From the NCBI RefSeq assembly GCF_009931435.1, contig NZ_CP043415.1: a stretch of DNA of 64,000 nucleotides; one strand, given 5' to 3'. The notes beneath the pieces were generated by a model. That model was given only the letters and a program-made list of their open reading frames with translations. It was not told the DNA's origin and did no database searches. Shown piece after piece: positions 46,450 through 57,256 of this stretch (positions are counted from its first letter, which is position 1; each line of letters starts with the position of its first letter). The DNA is from Escherichia coli. GTDB taxonomy: Bacteria > Pseudomonadota > Gammaproteobacteria > Enterobacterales > Enterobacteriaceae. Position numbers and translations under genes: made by a program.

Positions 46450-47422
46450 TAGTCACACCACCTTTCATTTTTATCATTCCCATGACTAAATCAAACTGCG
46501 GGGATGAGCTCAGATAAAAGCGCTCATCAGGAACCTTAGTCAGGTTCTTCACAGCCTCGGCCACAATTTCAGCCCCACCACCAACACACATTACATGTGT
46601 ATAGTCGGTGAAACGGCTGATGACATCATTAACTCGTTTAATAAGCAACTTCTGCCGTTCATTGATAACATTAATGATAGACTCACGCTGTTCAGCATTA
46701 TAAATGCGACGGGAAAGGTAGTCAGGTTCATTACGGTGCACAATGATATTGTCAGCCTGGAATGAGCTCACTCTTGTATTAGCATGTACAGCCATCTGTT
46801 CCTTAACCCCGGATGTAATCAGGGACACGCCGATATTCGGATCACACCAGGTTTTTGTAATCCCTGTCATTTTGCTACGAACATGCGACACATCAAGAGT
46901 TGTACCACCGAGATCTACGATCAAAAGGGATTCATCATCCTCAAGCCCCGCAAGAACACTGAAACCAGCGGGAATACTTTCAGGAAGAACGGAAACACTG
47001 CGAATAACAAATGCATCACTCCCCTGCACCCGTACTTCACGCATCACATTTTTTTTCTTTCTTTCAATGTTTTGCTTATTTTTCTGATTGTTGGCGTCAA
47101 GGTATTCAGAGATCGGCAATGTGACGATGACATCAATAGGCTGCGCTTTCAGGCCGGTCTGCTGTAGCGCATGCTGAATGGCCACAACATTCACATCACT
47201 GTACTGATAGCGTGTTTCAGTCGTTACGACAGCATCAGCACTTAATGGATCAAATGAAAACTTCTCGCCGTCGATCTCGTAATTAGCCGGGGCAGCATCA
47301 TCCAGTAAACTAAAAGACCATTCCGGTTTAAAGCTGTTAGGGCTGATTAACGTTTTCACGTCACCATCCTCCAACCAGGCAAGTTTAATGTTGGTAGAAC
47401 CATCATCAATAAAGATTTTCAT
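46442..47422 (-). CDS. parM: ParM/StbA actin-like partition ATPase
   Basis: Start set at MKIFIDDGSTNIKLAWLEDG; 326 aa with the R1 ParM-like actin fold (DLGGTTLDVS). Confidence 0.9.
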   Translation of the reverse strand: MKIFIDDGSTNIKLAWLEDGDVKTLISPNSFKPEWSFSLLDDAAPANYEIDGEKFSFDPLSADAVVTTETRYQYSDVNVVAIQHALQQTGLKAQPIDVIVTLPISEYLDANNQKNKQNIERKKKNVMREVRVQGSDAFVIRSVSVLPESIPAGFSVLAGLEDDESLLIVDLGGTTLDVSHVRSKMTGITKTWCDPNIGVSLITSGVKEQMAVHANTRVSSFQADNIIVHRNEPDYLSRRIYNAEQRESIINVINERQKLLIKRVNDVISRFTDYTHVMCVGGGAEIVAEAVKNLTKVPDERFYLSSSPQFDLVMGMIKMKGGVTNE

Positions 47423-47429
47423 AACCAGT

Positions 47430-47640
47430 CTCCGTTGCTCATAAACAAATAGAAAAAACAAATATGCTTCATACATGCAATGTATATTCAATTATAATGG
47501 AAAGATGGTCTTTCTGAAAGGGTACAAGCAACATAAAAACACAATAAACTGCATGTATATCGCACGTACAACCTTAAGACCAGAGAAAATCATAGATACA
47601 AAAAACATTATGAGTGTTATATGTGATACATAAATGCAAT
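47430..47640. promoter_or_regulatory. Putative parC-like centromere/promoter region upstream of parM
   Basis: AT-rich region with repeated CATGCAATGTATAT / GCATGTATATCGCACGTACA / ATGCAATATAAAA-type motifs, 5' of parM. Confidence 0.35.
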
Positions 47641-47835
47641 ATAAAAATATCTTTGACATCATGGTTCAGGTTAAGGGAAGGGAATGAAATGGTGAAACTG
47701 AGAGGAAAGGAAAGCGGTGACGAATCATGTCACCATATACAGAAAGATGTCTAATGGGGACTCTTTAGGTACACTAAGAATCCCCATAACGCATTTAAAA
47801 GACACACATTAGATACCCTTAAGGTATCCGATAGC

Positions 47836-48144
47836 TTATTGACCTATTGCGCCATCACGTTCAAGCTTCTCTCTTATAGCCTCAATAATATATGAGCTAA
47901 AATCCAGAGATGTTTTACTGGTCGCTTTAAGTTCCGCATGAGCTTCAAAATACGACAGCGGTATGGCCTTAAGATTCTTAGCCTTCGTCCTGGCGGCCAC
48001 GGGACGACCTGAAACTTCCTCTGTACCTTCATTTGGCTGAGACGGGACTGTTGCTGTTACGGCAGAAGAAGAAGTTTGTAATCTGGCAGAATCCACCAGG
48101 TTTTTCAGTTTTTCAGCCTGTGCACTAAATTTCGCTTTGCTCAT
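47836..48144 (-). CDS. ParG-like ribbon-helix-helix partition protein (putative)
   Basis: 102-aa ORF directly downstream of the ParA-like gene; C-terminal region looks RHH-like. Confidence 0.5.
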   Translation of the reverse strand: MSKAKFSAQAEKLKNLVDSARLQTSSSAVTATVPSQPNEGTEEVSGRPVAARTKAKNLKAIPLSYFEAHAELKATSKTSLDFSSYIIEAIREKLERDGAIGQ

Positions 48145-48230
48145 GAGATAACCCAGGATGTTTGTTAGATACTCAAAAGATATCCTTTAAAAACCCAAAG
48201 AATACTATATGGATACCCAATAGATACACT

Positions 48231-48875
48231 TTACTGTTTGTTATTTTCAATCAGATGATTGATTTCTTCGATCAGGGCAATAACTTCCTTACCTCCTGCC
48301 GAATAGCGCCCATGAACAGACTCAGTGATTCCCATCCCAGTCTCAATGACATCCTCAAATTCTGCACGAGCAGAAATGCGGCTCTTCATCAGCTTCAGAT
48401 GTTTGAACGATGGCAGGATTGCATCAAGCTTAGGGAATTTCTTCTTGTTAGGATTAACTTTACAGAGATACAGGTGAGCAGTTATATCAGTCCCCATGAT
48501 AGAGCTGATTTCGTCCAGTACTCCATCAAAATGCATCAAACCAATACGCTCAGTCAGGGAGTCTTTTGAAGGGACAATAACGCAGTCTGCAAAGGCAATC
48601 GCAGTACGGGTAAGATCTGAGTCAAATCCCCCACAGTCAATAAGTAACGTCTTATCGCTGTTCTTGTAGGGAGTCATAATTTCGATTAACTCATCCACTG
48701 TTTTGGGTACTTTCACGGAAATTTCTTTTCCTTCAGGTCTCAGCCCCAGAATGATAGAAAGCCCGGTATGAGTATCCAGATCAACTGTATCAGACTTCAT
48801 TTCACCAACAATGTTTACGGATGAAGTTGTCTTACCCACACCACCTTTGGGATGCGTATTAGCAATAACAGGCAT
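48231..48875 (-). CDS. parA: ParA/ParF-type partition ATPase (deviant Walker A)
   Basis: Start set at MPVIANTHPKGGVGKTT (214 aa); small ParA typical of type Ib systems. Confidence 0.8.
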   Translation of the reverse strand: MPVIANTHPKGGVGKTTSSVNIVGEMKSDTVDLDTHTGLSIILGLRPEGKEISVKVPKTVDELIEIMTPYKNSDKTLLIDCGGFDSDLTRTAIAFADCVIVPSKDSLTERIGLMHFDGVLDEISSIMGTDITAHLYLCKVNPNKKKFPKLDAILPSFKHLKLMKSRISARAEFEDVIETGMGITESVHGRYSAGGKEVIALIEEINHLIENNKQ

Positions 48876-49056
48876 AGTGTATCTCCAGAATCCACATGTA
48901 ATACCCATAAAGCCCCCCCAAAGACACCTTTCGGATATCCAAGAGGTACTCAATAGATGTTTTTTTTACTCTATACCGGCCCGGCATGTCAACAGAATAT
49001 GAAATACCGATAATATATCCATGAGATATCCGAAAGGGATTTAAAAAAGTCAGAGC

Positions 49057-49419
49057 TTAAGGAATTCTTTTGAGCATAGACACCGCATCGGACTCAAGCA
49101 TCGAAAACTGCACCCGGTGCCGTGCAGCCACATCCAGTGCAAATACCTTCGTGTAGACCTCCGTTGAACTGATGGACTTATGCCCCATCAGGCTCTGCAG
49201 GACCTTCAGCGGTATACCGACATACAGCATGTGCATCGCATAGGAATGGCGGAACGTATGTGGCGTGACCGGGACAGATAACGTCACACCGTCAGCGGTA
49301 ACCGCTTCCCCAATCCAGGCCCTGACCGTTCTGTCCGTCACTTCCCAGATCCGCGCTTTCTCTCTCCTGCCTGTCCGTTTATTACGCCGTTCCATGGGGA
49401 TTTTCAGTGTGGCCACCAT
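49057..49419 (-). pseudogene. Tyrosine recombinase/integrase remnant (C-terminal catalytic region only)
   Basis: 120-aa ORF containing HTFRHSYAMHMLYVGIPLKVLQSLMGHKSISSTEVYTKV (H-x-x-R … Y catalytic motif); no N-terminal domain in frame. Confidence 0.7.
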
Positions 49420-49820
49420 CGTCTGCAGCTGGCTGACGTACCAAGAGTCGGAGAGCGGAACCAGCCGGTGAGTCTACTGCCCGGCTGGCGTTCTTCCTGC
49501 CGTCCTGGCTGCTTTTTCTGTCCGCTGCTTCAGAGTGACCAGCAGGTATTTTGGCAGTTCATCATGAACCATCGACATATCCCTCAGTGAAGAGGAGGCT
49601 TATGGATGGTGTCGCTGCGGTAATTTCAGAACGTGCCATCATCCGTCCTGTATAGCGCATCTTCCTGCAGAAGGGTTTCAGCCGCCGCGGTAATAAATGC
49701 TCGTACCGTGCAGATAGCATTCTGCACACTCCCCGAACTGATATACACGGGTTCAAGAGATTCGGTAACTCCATCACGGTGTACCAGTGCGTTTCGGACC
49801 TTGATTACCCTCTCAAGTTC

Positions 49821-50405
49821 CTACAAAGGCCACTCATGCGGTGTTGCCAGCATCGTTGAAAAATACCGATCTATCACTTTGTGGCTCTGAAACGTTTTCT
49901 TCGCCACAAGAGACTGAGCTCGCCAGGTATAAACCTTCTCAGGAGTGGCTGTATCCGGTTCCTGCTCGACCCATTTGGAAGCACGTAATTTTCTTCTGTC
50001 TTCCTTATTAGCAATCAGCGAATCAGCTACCTGCAGAAATCGCTGCAAATGTGGAGGATGATTAAGAAGTGCCCTTGCGCTGTACATCAGAAAACTGTCC
50101 AACACACTCACACAATGAACGTAAGCCATTCGCTCCACAATTCCCGGTTGGTTGAACTGCATCAGGTTCTCTAACTCAAACAATTCATCTTTTGCATCCT
50201 GCAGACGGTCAGGAATACTGGCAAGCGAAGCCTCAAAATATTGCTGCTCAGCCGCCTCTTCCATCCAGTCCTGAAACCAGCTGTATTCCTGTGCTGCCGC
50301 ATCCCATTCAGGAGTTCCTTCCTCAGCATCCGTGTAATTTTCCGCAATCCATTCATCAGTGCGTTCTTCCTGAATTTCAAACAGCAGTTCTTTCATTTTT
50401 CCCAT
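49821..50405 (-). CDS. Hypothetical acidic protein, 194 aa
   Basis: ORF only; no recognisable motif; possibly truncated. Confidence 0.35.
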   Translation of the reverse strand: MGKMKELLFEIQEERTDEWIAENYTDAEEGTPEWDAAAQEYSWFQDWMEEAAEQQYFEASLASIPDRLQDAKDELFELENLMQFNQPGIVERMAYVHCVSVLDSFLMYSARALLNHPPHLQRFLQVADSLIANKEDRRKLRASKWVEQEPDTATPEKVYTWRAQSLVAKKTFQSHKVIDRYFSTMLATPHEWPL

Positions 50406-50593
50406 TTATACCTCACTGAATCTCCTGAAATCCCGCCTGGCATTTGTCTGTGCTCATTCCAGGATTAGATTTATTCAGTATCCATGCTTGGCGTAATGTG
50501 ATGCGATGTTTTTATCCAGAGGTATACCGCACGAAAGCATGAACCGCCCCGGAAATCCTGGAGACTAAACTCCCTGAGAAAGAGGTAAACAGG

Positions 50594-50920
50594 ATGACTA
50601 AAAATACTCGTTTTTCCCCCGAAGTCCGTCAACGCGCAGTTCGTATGGTTCTGGAAAGTCAGGGCGAATATGACTCACAGTGGGCGGCAATTTGTTCCAT
50701 TGCCCCAAAGATTGGCTGTACGCCGGAGACTCTGCGTGTCTGGGTTCGCCAGCATGAGCGGGATACCGGGGGCGGTGATGGTGGGCTCACCAGCGCTGAA
50801 CGTCAGCGTCTGAAAGAGCTGGAACGTGAAAATCGTGAACTGCGCTGCAGTAACGATATCCTTCGCCAGGCTTCCGCTTATTTTGCGAAGGCGGAGTTCG
50901 ACCGCCTCTGGAAAAAATGA
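50594..50920 (+). CDS. IS3-family transposase OrfA
   Basis: 108 aa, HTH and leucine zipper, [41 protein letters not shown]…. Confidence 0.9.
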   Translation: MTKNTRFSPEVRQRAVRMVLESQGEYDSQWAAICSIAPKIGCTPETLRVWVRQHERDTGGGDGGLTSAERQRLKELERENRELRCSNDILRQASAYFAKAEFDRLWKK

Positions 50921-51807
50921 TGCCACTGCTGGATAAGCTGCGTGAGCAGTACGGGGTCAGACCGGTATGCAGCGAACTGCATATTGCCCCGTCAACGTAT
51001 TACCATTGTCAGCAACAGCGACATCATCCGGATAAACGCAGTGCCCGTGCGCAGCACGATGACTGGCTGAAGAAAGAGATACAGCGCGTATACGATGAAA
51101 ATCACCAGGTATACGGTGTGCGTAAAGTCTGGCGTCAGTTGTTACGGGAAGGTATCAGAGTGGCCAGATGCACTGTGGCACGTCTCATGGCAGTTATGGG
51201 ACTTGCCGGTGTTCTCCGGGGTAAAAAGGTCCGCACTACCGTCAGCCGGAAAGCCGTTGCCGCATGCGACCGCGTAAACCGTCAGTTCGTGGCAGAACGT
51301 CCAGACCAGTTGTGGGTGGCTGATTTTACCTGGGTAAGCACATGGCAGGGCTTCGTTTATGTGGCGTTCATCATTGATGTGTTCGCCGGATACATCGTGG
51401 GATGGCAGGTCTCATCATCCATGGAAACAACATTCGTGCTGGATGCACTGGAGCAGGCGTTGTGGGCCCGTCGGCCGTCCGGCACAATCCATCACAGTGA
51501 TAAAGGTTCTCAGTATGTATCGCTGGCCTACACGCAGCGGCTTAAGGAAGCCGGATTACTGGCATCAACAGGGAGTACTGGCGACTCGTATGACAACGCG
51601 ATGGCGGAGAGCATCAATGGTCTTTACAAAGCGGAGGTAATACACCGTAAGAGCTGGAAAAACCGGACAGAAGTGGAACTGGCCACACTAACGTGGGTGG
51701 ACTGGTATAACAATCGACGATTGCTGGGAAGGCTGGGCCATACTCCTCCGGCAGAAGCAGAAAAAGCTTATTATGCTTCCATCGGAAACAATGATCTGGC
51801 AGCCTGA
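50917..51807 (+). CDS. IS3-family transposase OrfB (DDE integrase domain)
   Basis: 296 aa, overlaps the orfA 3' end. Confidence 0.9.
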   Translation: MMPLLDKLREQYGVRPVCSELHIAPSTYYHCQQQRHHPDKRSARAQHDDWLKKEIQRVYDENHQVYGVRKVWRQLLREGIRVARCTVARLMAVMGLAGVLRGKKVRTTVSRKAVAACDRVNRQFVAERPDQLWVADFTWVSTWQGFVYVAFIIDVFAGYIVGWQVSSSMETTFVLDALEQALWARRPSGTIHHSDKGSQYVSLAYTQRLKEAGLLASTGSTGDSYDNAMAESINGLYKAEVIHRKSWKNRTEVELATLTWVDWYNNRRLLGRLGHTPPAEAEKAYYASIGNNDLAA

Positions 51808-51978
51808 GTTCACAGATAAAACACTCTCCAGGAAACCCGGGGCGGTTCATTCAGTGGTGAACAGTCCATTCCGGAGACGGAATATCTTGTTAAGGCTGTA
51901 TATTATACTGGCTGTAAACAACATGGCCACCAAGGACCATGTTGTTTACAGCATACCCTTGTTACAAAAGAATCCCCG

Positions 51979-54177
51979 TCAGAACAGCACTGAGTAGTTC
52001 AGACCAAAGGTTCGGCCCCGGCCTTTGTAGTCGTACAGTGAAGCAGGGCCGTAACCCGGGCTGTAGTACAGAGGTGCACGCTGTCCCCAGACAGTGGTAT
52101 AGTCACGGTCGAAGAGGTTCTCAACGCTGAAGCTGAGTGTTCCCACCGGAAGCAGCCAACTACTGATAAAATCGACGGTAGTGTAACCATTAATATCGTT
52201 ACCCTCTGCATCGCTTACGTCGAAAGAAGTGGTGCTCTGCACACGCAGACTCCACGGTTCCGGCGCCCAGCTAATGTAAGCTGTCGCTTTCGATGGACTT
52301 GATTCCTTCACGTCATATTTTTGCCATTGACCGTTCACTTTCGACTCGGTTTTCAGCACATTGAAGTTCACACCGGTACTCCAGTCAGTATCCGGGATCA
52401 GGTAGTCCACCGCACCTTCCACGCCGTAAATACGGCGCCTGTCGTCCTTCACACTGATGGTCAGATCTTTATTCCTTTCCACGCTCTTATTGGAAAGCGA
52501 GTAATATGCTGCGATTTGAGTCCGCAGGTTGTCACCGGTAAAGCGCCAGCCCAGTTCATAAGAATCGACTTTCACGCCTTCCAGCTTACTGTCGCTGACG
52601 TTCACGCTCTTTGTCAGGGGAAGATGGCCGTTCACTGCTGCACCATAGATGCCGCGACCATAATATTTCCCCGGATCCGGCAATGCCACCCCCTGGGAAA
52701 AATTGAACCATGCCTGCTGACGTTCGGTGATGTGCATCAGCAGACCAGCATTGAACAGAAAGTTATCGTAATCTACCGAACCACCAGGAATGGCGTCGGC
52801 AGATATCGCCTTCCCGGCAGCAATCTTCTGTTGCTGCATGTAGTCGATAAAATCATCTACCCTGTTCTCAGTATACTGATAGCGTACGCCACCGCTGACG
52901 GTAAAAATATCATTAATGTCATAGCTGGATTGCAGGAAGGCCGCCAGATTGGTGATGTCATATGACGGATAGCGCCCGGTGGTGTAAATCTTATGGTTGT
53001 TCAGCCCTCCGGAAGCACTTGCCTGAGCCAGATCGAAGAACATCTGGTTGGAGGTAAAGCGCTCATGCTCAGCATCCAGCCCCCAGGTGATTTGCCAGCC
53101 GTCCATCAGTTGGCTGTTCAGAGTCAGTTTCATGCCGTACTGGTCGGTATCCTGCTGTGACGAGGAGAAAGCCGTCGCCTGTTTATTCGCATTTACCGTC
53201 GGGAACGGGTAGAACCGCAACGACTCATCGCGGTAGTAAACCTGACCGACCAGTTCCTGTCTCAGGAAATCACTGTCAGAGTACTGCAGGCTGATCAAAT
53301 GCCGCTCAGTGCCGGGAATGCGGTCAGAATTCAGCCCCTTACTGACGTATGGTGTGCTGCTCCCGCTGATGGCGGAAAAGCCTTTCCCGAGATTAAGCCC
53401 GTAATTGTCGTCCCCCTGACTTTTATAGTACTGCGTTATCAGTTGAAGCTGCCGGGATTCATCGATGTTCAGCGTACCGGTTCCCATGATGTCCAGCCGA
53501 TTGGAGTGCTGCAGGCCGGTCTGGGTGTTATCAAGCAGGGTAGCATCGCCGTTACCGTCAAACCAGCCGCCAAATTTCTGATATGCCACGGAAAGACGTC
53601 CGGAGATATGGTCATTTCCGCCGGAGACAGCACCGGCAATGCGCTCATCGTGATCTTTACTGCTGTTAAAGCCACTTTTTGTGCCAGCCTCAAACTCCAT
53701 CATGGTTTCCGGCTGGCCTTTTTTGGTCACGATGTTTATCAACCCTCCGGTACTCCCGCCACCGTACAGGGCCGTCGCGCCGGAGATCACTTCAATATGG
53801 TCGATATTAAAAGGATCGACAGAGTCCAGTTGTCGGCTGTCGGAACGTGAAGAGTTGAGGCGCACACCGTCAATCAGGACAACCAGCGGGCGGCCACGCA
53901 TGTTCATACCGTAGTTGGTTCGGCTCTGGCTGCTGACATCAAGGCCGGGGATTAACTGAGCCAGTGCGTCTTTCAGCTCTTTACCGCCCTGAATCTGCTG
54001 CTCCAGTTCGGCATTTTCGATAACCCAGGTGGTTTGCGCCATCTCCGCTACAGTTCGATTGCTGCGGCTGGCAGACACTATGATCTCATTATCATCGTTT
54101 TGCTGGGCGACAGCTGGTGACAACACGACAAGAAGCAGCGGACCAAGAGCCCGGGGCATATACTTTTTGCGCATCAT
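51979..54177 (-). CDS. iutA: IutA, TonB-dependent ferric aerobactin receptor
   Basis: Start set at MMRKKYMPRALGP…, giving 732 aa; C-terminal TonB-box-family terminus …GLNYSVLF. Confidence 0.93.
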   Translation of the reverse strand: MMRKKYMPRALGPLLLVVLSPAVAQQNDDNEIIVSASRSNRTVAEMAQTTWVIENAELEQQIQGGKELKDALAQLIPGLDVSSQSRTNYGMNMRGRPLVVLIDGVRLNSSRSDSRQLDSVDPFNIDHIEVISGATALYGGGSTGGLINIVTKKGQPETMMEFEAGTKSGFNSSKDHDERIAGAVSGGNDHISGRLSVAYQKFGGWFDGNGDATLLDNTQTGLQHSNRLDIMGTGTLNIDESRQLQLITQYYKSQGDDNYGLNLGKGFSAISGSSTPYVSKGLNSDRIPGTERHLISLQYSDSDFLRQELVGQVYYRDESLRFYPFPTVNANKQATAFSSSQQDTDQYGMKLTLNSQLMDGWQITWGLDAEHERFTSNQMFFDLAQASASGGLNNHKIYTTGRYPSYDITNLAAFLQSSYDINDIFTVSGGVRYQYTENRVDDFIDYMQQQKIAAGKAISADAIPGGSVDYDNFLFNAGLLMHITERQQAWFNFSQGVALPDPGKYYGRGIYGAAVNGHLPLTKSVNVSDSKLEGVKVDSYELGWRFTGDNLRTQIAAYYSLSNKSVERNKDLTISVKDDRRRIYGVEGAVDYLIPDTDWSTGVNFNVLKTESKVNGQWQKYDVKESSPSKATAYISWAPEPWSLRVQSTTSFDVSDAEGNDINGYTTVDFISSWLLPVGTLSFSVENLFDRDYTTVWGQRAPLYYSPGYGPASLYDYKGRGRTFGLNYSVLF

Positions 54178-54179
54178 CG

Positions 54180-55517
54180 TTATTCCTGAATATTTGTTGT
54201 ATAGTGAGTTAAAGAAGCAGCCTCCGGCTGCGGTTTTTTCCGGCTGCCGCTGCGCCACTGAATCAGTGCGGGCGGCATACTGAGATCGAATAAATCACGC
54301 CCCAGTACGCGATTAAGAATACGTGCAGATCTCCAGGCCATCAGGCTGAGCTGGGGTTCGGCGATGCCATGAGTTTGCATGCTGGCGTTGACCGCAAAGA
54401 TGTTATTTTCTTTCGGGCCACTCCATTCCAGAGTGAAGTCATCACGCACTTTAAAGGTGTTCTTATCGTGCATGGTGATCAAGGGCATCAGTGAGGGAAG
54501 TATTTGTGGCAATGCAGAACGGTAACCTGTGGCGAAAATCACCACATCACTTTCCAGGCTCTCTCTGCCCCGATCCAGATGATGTTCCATCAATAACTTC
54601 CAGCCCGGACCACTACTTTCCAGAGTTGTTACCGAGCGGCTGGGTAGCAGACGGATATTTCTTGGTTTTCTCAGAACTTCAAAACGGTGGTACAACTCAC
54701 GATAAATGGTCAGTAAAGAATCGGCAGTGATGCCATCCGATGTCATTTTCTGCTCATCCAGTAACTGATGGCGAATATCTTCCTTCAGTCCGGAGAAGCC
54801 TGAAATATATTCAGGTGTAAAATACTCATCAGCAAAAGCAGCCTCATCCAGTGCGTTAAAATTATTACGCCGTGAGACCCAGTTTATTTCCGCCGCTTCT
54901 CCCCATTCCCCGCGTAATGCATTAAGGAACAGGTCTGCACCACTCTGTCCTCCACCAACCACAGTTATCCGTTTTCCACTCAGGTCCGGCCGACGAAGAT
55001 TCATTTCACTGGCATGGAAACAGGATTGTGTCACATGCTTCACACAGGGTGGTAAATAAGGTTGTTTTCCTGTACCAAGGCAGATATTGCGGGCAAAATA
55101 TTCTCCCCGACTGGTCTGAACCAGAAACAATCGACTTTTTTTGTCGAAATCAATATTTTCAACGGTATGACTGAAATACAGGTTATTCATATCTTCAGCA
55201 GCCCAGCGGAGATAGTCAGAAAACTCTTCACGGGATACTGTACGTAGTCTGCTTGTAAGGAAGCGATAGAACTTTTTGTGCTTCACCAGATAGTTAACAA
55301 AGCTGTAGGGATTTGTAGGTGCAACTGCACTGACCAGATCTTTCAGAAAGACAGTCTGCATATGACAATCCGGTACCAGCATACCCGGATGCCAGGAAAA
55401 ATGAGGATGTTCGTCAAAGAAGAGACAGTTCAGTTCTTCGATCTGATGTGACAATGCAGCAATACTGAGATTAAATGGCCCTGTCCCGACACCAATAAAA
55501 TCGACACTTTTTTTCAT
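54180..55517 (-). CDS. iucD: IucD, L-lysine N6-monooxygenase
   Basis: FAD/NADPH-binding motifs GVGTGPFNLS and GGGQSG; position in the iuc operon. Confidence 0.9.
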   Translation of the reverse strand: MKKSVDFIGVGTGPFNLSIAALSHQIEELNCLFFDEHPHFSWHPGMLVPDCHMQTVFLKDLVSAVAPTNPYSFVNYLVKHKKFYRFLTSRLRTVSREEFSDYLRWAAEDMNNLYFSHTVENIDFDKKSRLFLVQTSRGEYFARNICLGTGKQPYLPPCVKHVTQSCFHASEMNLRRPDLSGKRITVVGGGQSGADLFLNALRGEWGEAAEINWVSRRNNFNALDEAAFADEYFTPEYISGFSGLKEDIRHQLLDEQKMTSDGITADSLLTIYRELYHRFEVLRKPRNIRLLPSRSVTTLESSGPGWKLLMEHHLDRGRESLESDVVIFATGYRSALPQILPSLMPLITMHDKNTFKVRDDFTLEWSGPKENNIFAVNASMQTHGIAEPQLSLMAWRSARILNRVLGRDLFDLSMPPALIQWRSGSRKKPQPEAASLTHYTTNIQE

Positions 55518-57256
55518 GATTCATATTCCTGAGTTACCAGCCACAGCGGATTTTGCAGATTCTCAAGGTAATTCGGCAGCATGCGACTGCCGCCATCCTG
55601 GTCCGGCCAGGTCAGTTTTACCGGGTTCAGCACCACGCGAATGATTTGTGGCCTGAAGAGTGAGAAAAGCGCAAAACGCTCTGACATTTGTGGATGTTTG
55701 TTCATGTAATCACTCAACACTGCTGCCAGCAGTTGATAAAATCGCCTTTCAGGTACGCCAAGACGAACCATCAGTGGCGAAATAAAACGCAGTACTGTCA
55801 CGAAGTGACCCGTCTGCAAATCATGGATTAAGTAGTCCGCACTCAGACGGGATGTGACATCACGCACCTCCTGAGGCAAAGAGTCCATTTCGGGAAACGC
55901 TTCTTTCACCAACCGCATATCGCCCTGGAAGTCTTTCAGCAGAACACGCTGTGGTACCCCCTCTTTCATGGCGAGCGTTATATTTTGTCCGTGTGCAATA
56001 AGCGCGACACCGTAGCGGCAAAGCAGGTGATACAGCGGAACCACAACCACCCGGAACAATTGCGTAAGCCAGGTTTCAGCGTCCAGTCCGGAGCGGTCGA
56101 TATATGCGCCTGCCAGCGGCTGATTGTTTTCGTCGCACTCCATCAGTGTTGCCATCAGAACCGGACTTTCATCCGGTTTCAGCCAGCGGCACGGATTCTC
56201 CCGCCAGATAACACCAAGCATTTCCTGGTAGCGATAGGGAGCCCGGGCAAGCGCGGCATAGCCTTCATGGGACACATAGCCTGCAGCCGGTTCACCAAGG
56301 ATCACTGCGCCGCTTTGCACCAGGGTGGCGTCGGTCGCAAAAACCTGTTGCAGCCAGCGTGAAGCCAGTGGTCCGGCAGCGATATATCTGCCAGGGATCC
56401 CCCGGTAGCATGAGGTGTTGTAGATGGTCAGCGGCAGCTTGATATCCAGCCCTCCCCGGCGGCTGGCGTTGGTCAGGGTACGCAGCGACTGCTGGGCGAG
56501 CCACTGGTCGCCAAACTCGCCGAGAGACACCATCCTGCCTTCGGCAAAATCAGCGATGAAGTCGGTGGCGATTTTTTGCTGCCACTGCCACGGATGTACC
56601 GGCAGCGGCAGCCAGTTGTGATCCAGCCCGTTTTCCTGCCAGACCTGACTGAAGCGTGTAAACTCCTGCGGATCCATTGCGGCAGTCAACAACTGCTGAA
56701 TATCCAGATCGTTGTCGCAGCGCCAGATCATATGTTCACGTTTTACCGCCAGCCAGTGCAGTCTGAAGGTGTTGGCATACTCTGGCGCATATCGTTCCAG
56801 CGCCTCTTTGCCCCAGCCACGGCGACCTTTATTAAAAACGAATTTAGGATGACCGCTCAGCAGGCATTGCAGACGATCGGCATCAAGATTAATCAGGTCA
56901 CTGGCACTCAGTCCGCGACGGGCCTTCAGCAGTTGCAGGTCGCCCAGTAGCGTGGCATACAAATCCTGCATATGCTCTGCAACAGTGGCATCACTCATTG
57001 ACAGCACCGGCTTTAGCTGCATCAGCAGCGTCTGCGCCAGTACTGGTTCGTCCGTGCAGCGCAACGTTTGGGCATCAATCCACAGCCAGCCCCAGATACC
57101 ACGTTCAGCGATGAAGCGCCATTGTGCTCCCGGCAGGTTAATGCAGTAGTGGTCATCGCCCTGAGATTCCGCGTGGAAAACCTGCTCATACTCCATCTCA
57201 GACAACATTTTTGCCACCAGCCGACGGTTAACAAAATCCCAGTCCTTGTGATTCAT
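55514..57256 (-). CDS. iucC: IucC, aerobactin synthetase (NIS synthetase)
   Basis: 580 aa, IucA/IucC family; operon position. Confidence 0.9.
   Translation of the reverse strand: MNHKDWDFVNRRLVAKMLSEMEYEQVFHAESQGDDHYCINLPGAQWRFIAERGIWGWLWIDAQTLRCTDEPVLAQTLLMQLKPVLSMSDATVAEHMQDLYATLLGDLQLLKARRGLSASDLINLDADRLQCLLSGHPKFVFNKGRRGWGKEALERYAPEYANTFRLHWLAVKREHMIWRCDNDLDIQQLLTAAMDPQEFTRFSQVWQENGLDHNWLPLPVHPWQWQQKIATDFIADFAEGRMVSLGEFGDQWLAQQSLRTLTNASRRGGLDIKLPLTIYNTSCYRGIPGRYIAAGPLASRWLQQVFATDATLVQSGAVILGEPAAGYVSHEGYAALARAPYRYQEMLGVIWRENPCRWLKPDESPVLMATLMECDENNQPLAGAYIDRSGLDAETWLTQLFRVVVVPLYHLLCRYGVALIAHGQNITLAMKEGVPQRVLLKDFQGDMRLVKEAFPEMDSLPQEVRDVTSRLSADYLIHDLQTGHFVTVLRFISPLMVRLGVPERRFYQLLAAVLSDYMNKHPQMSERFALFSLFRPQIIRVVLNPVKLTWPDQDGGSRMLPNYLENLQNPLWLVTQEYES

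Larger units (their letters stand above)
50540..51849 (+). mobile_element. IS629/IS1203-like element (IS3 family), complete, 1310 bp
   Basis: Terminal inverted repeats TGAACCGCCCCGG… at both ends; orfA and orfB overlap in the arrangement typical of IS3-family frameshift transposases. Confidence 0.9.
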
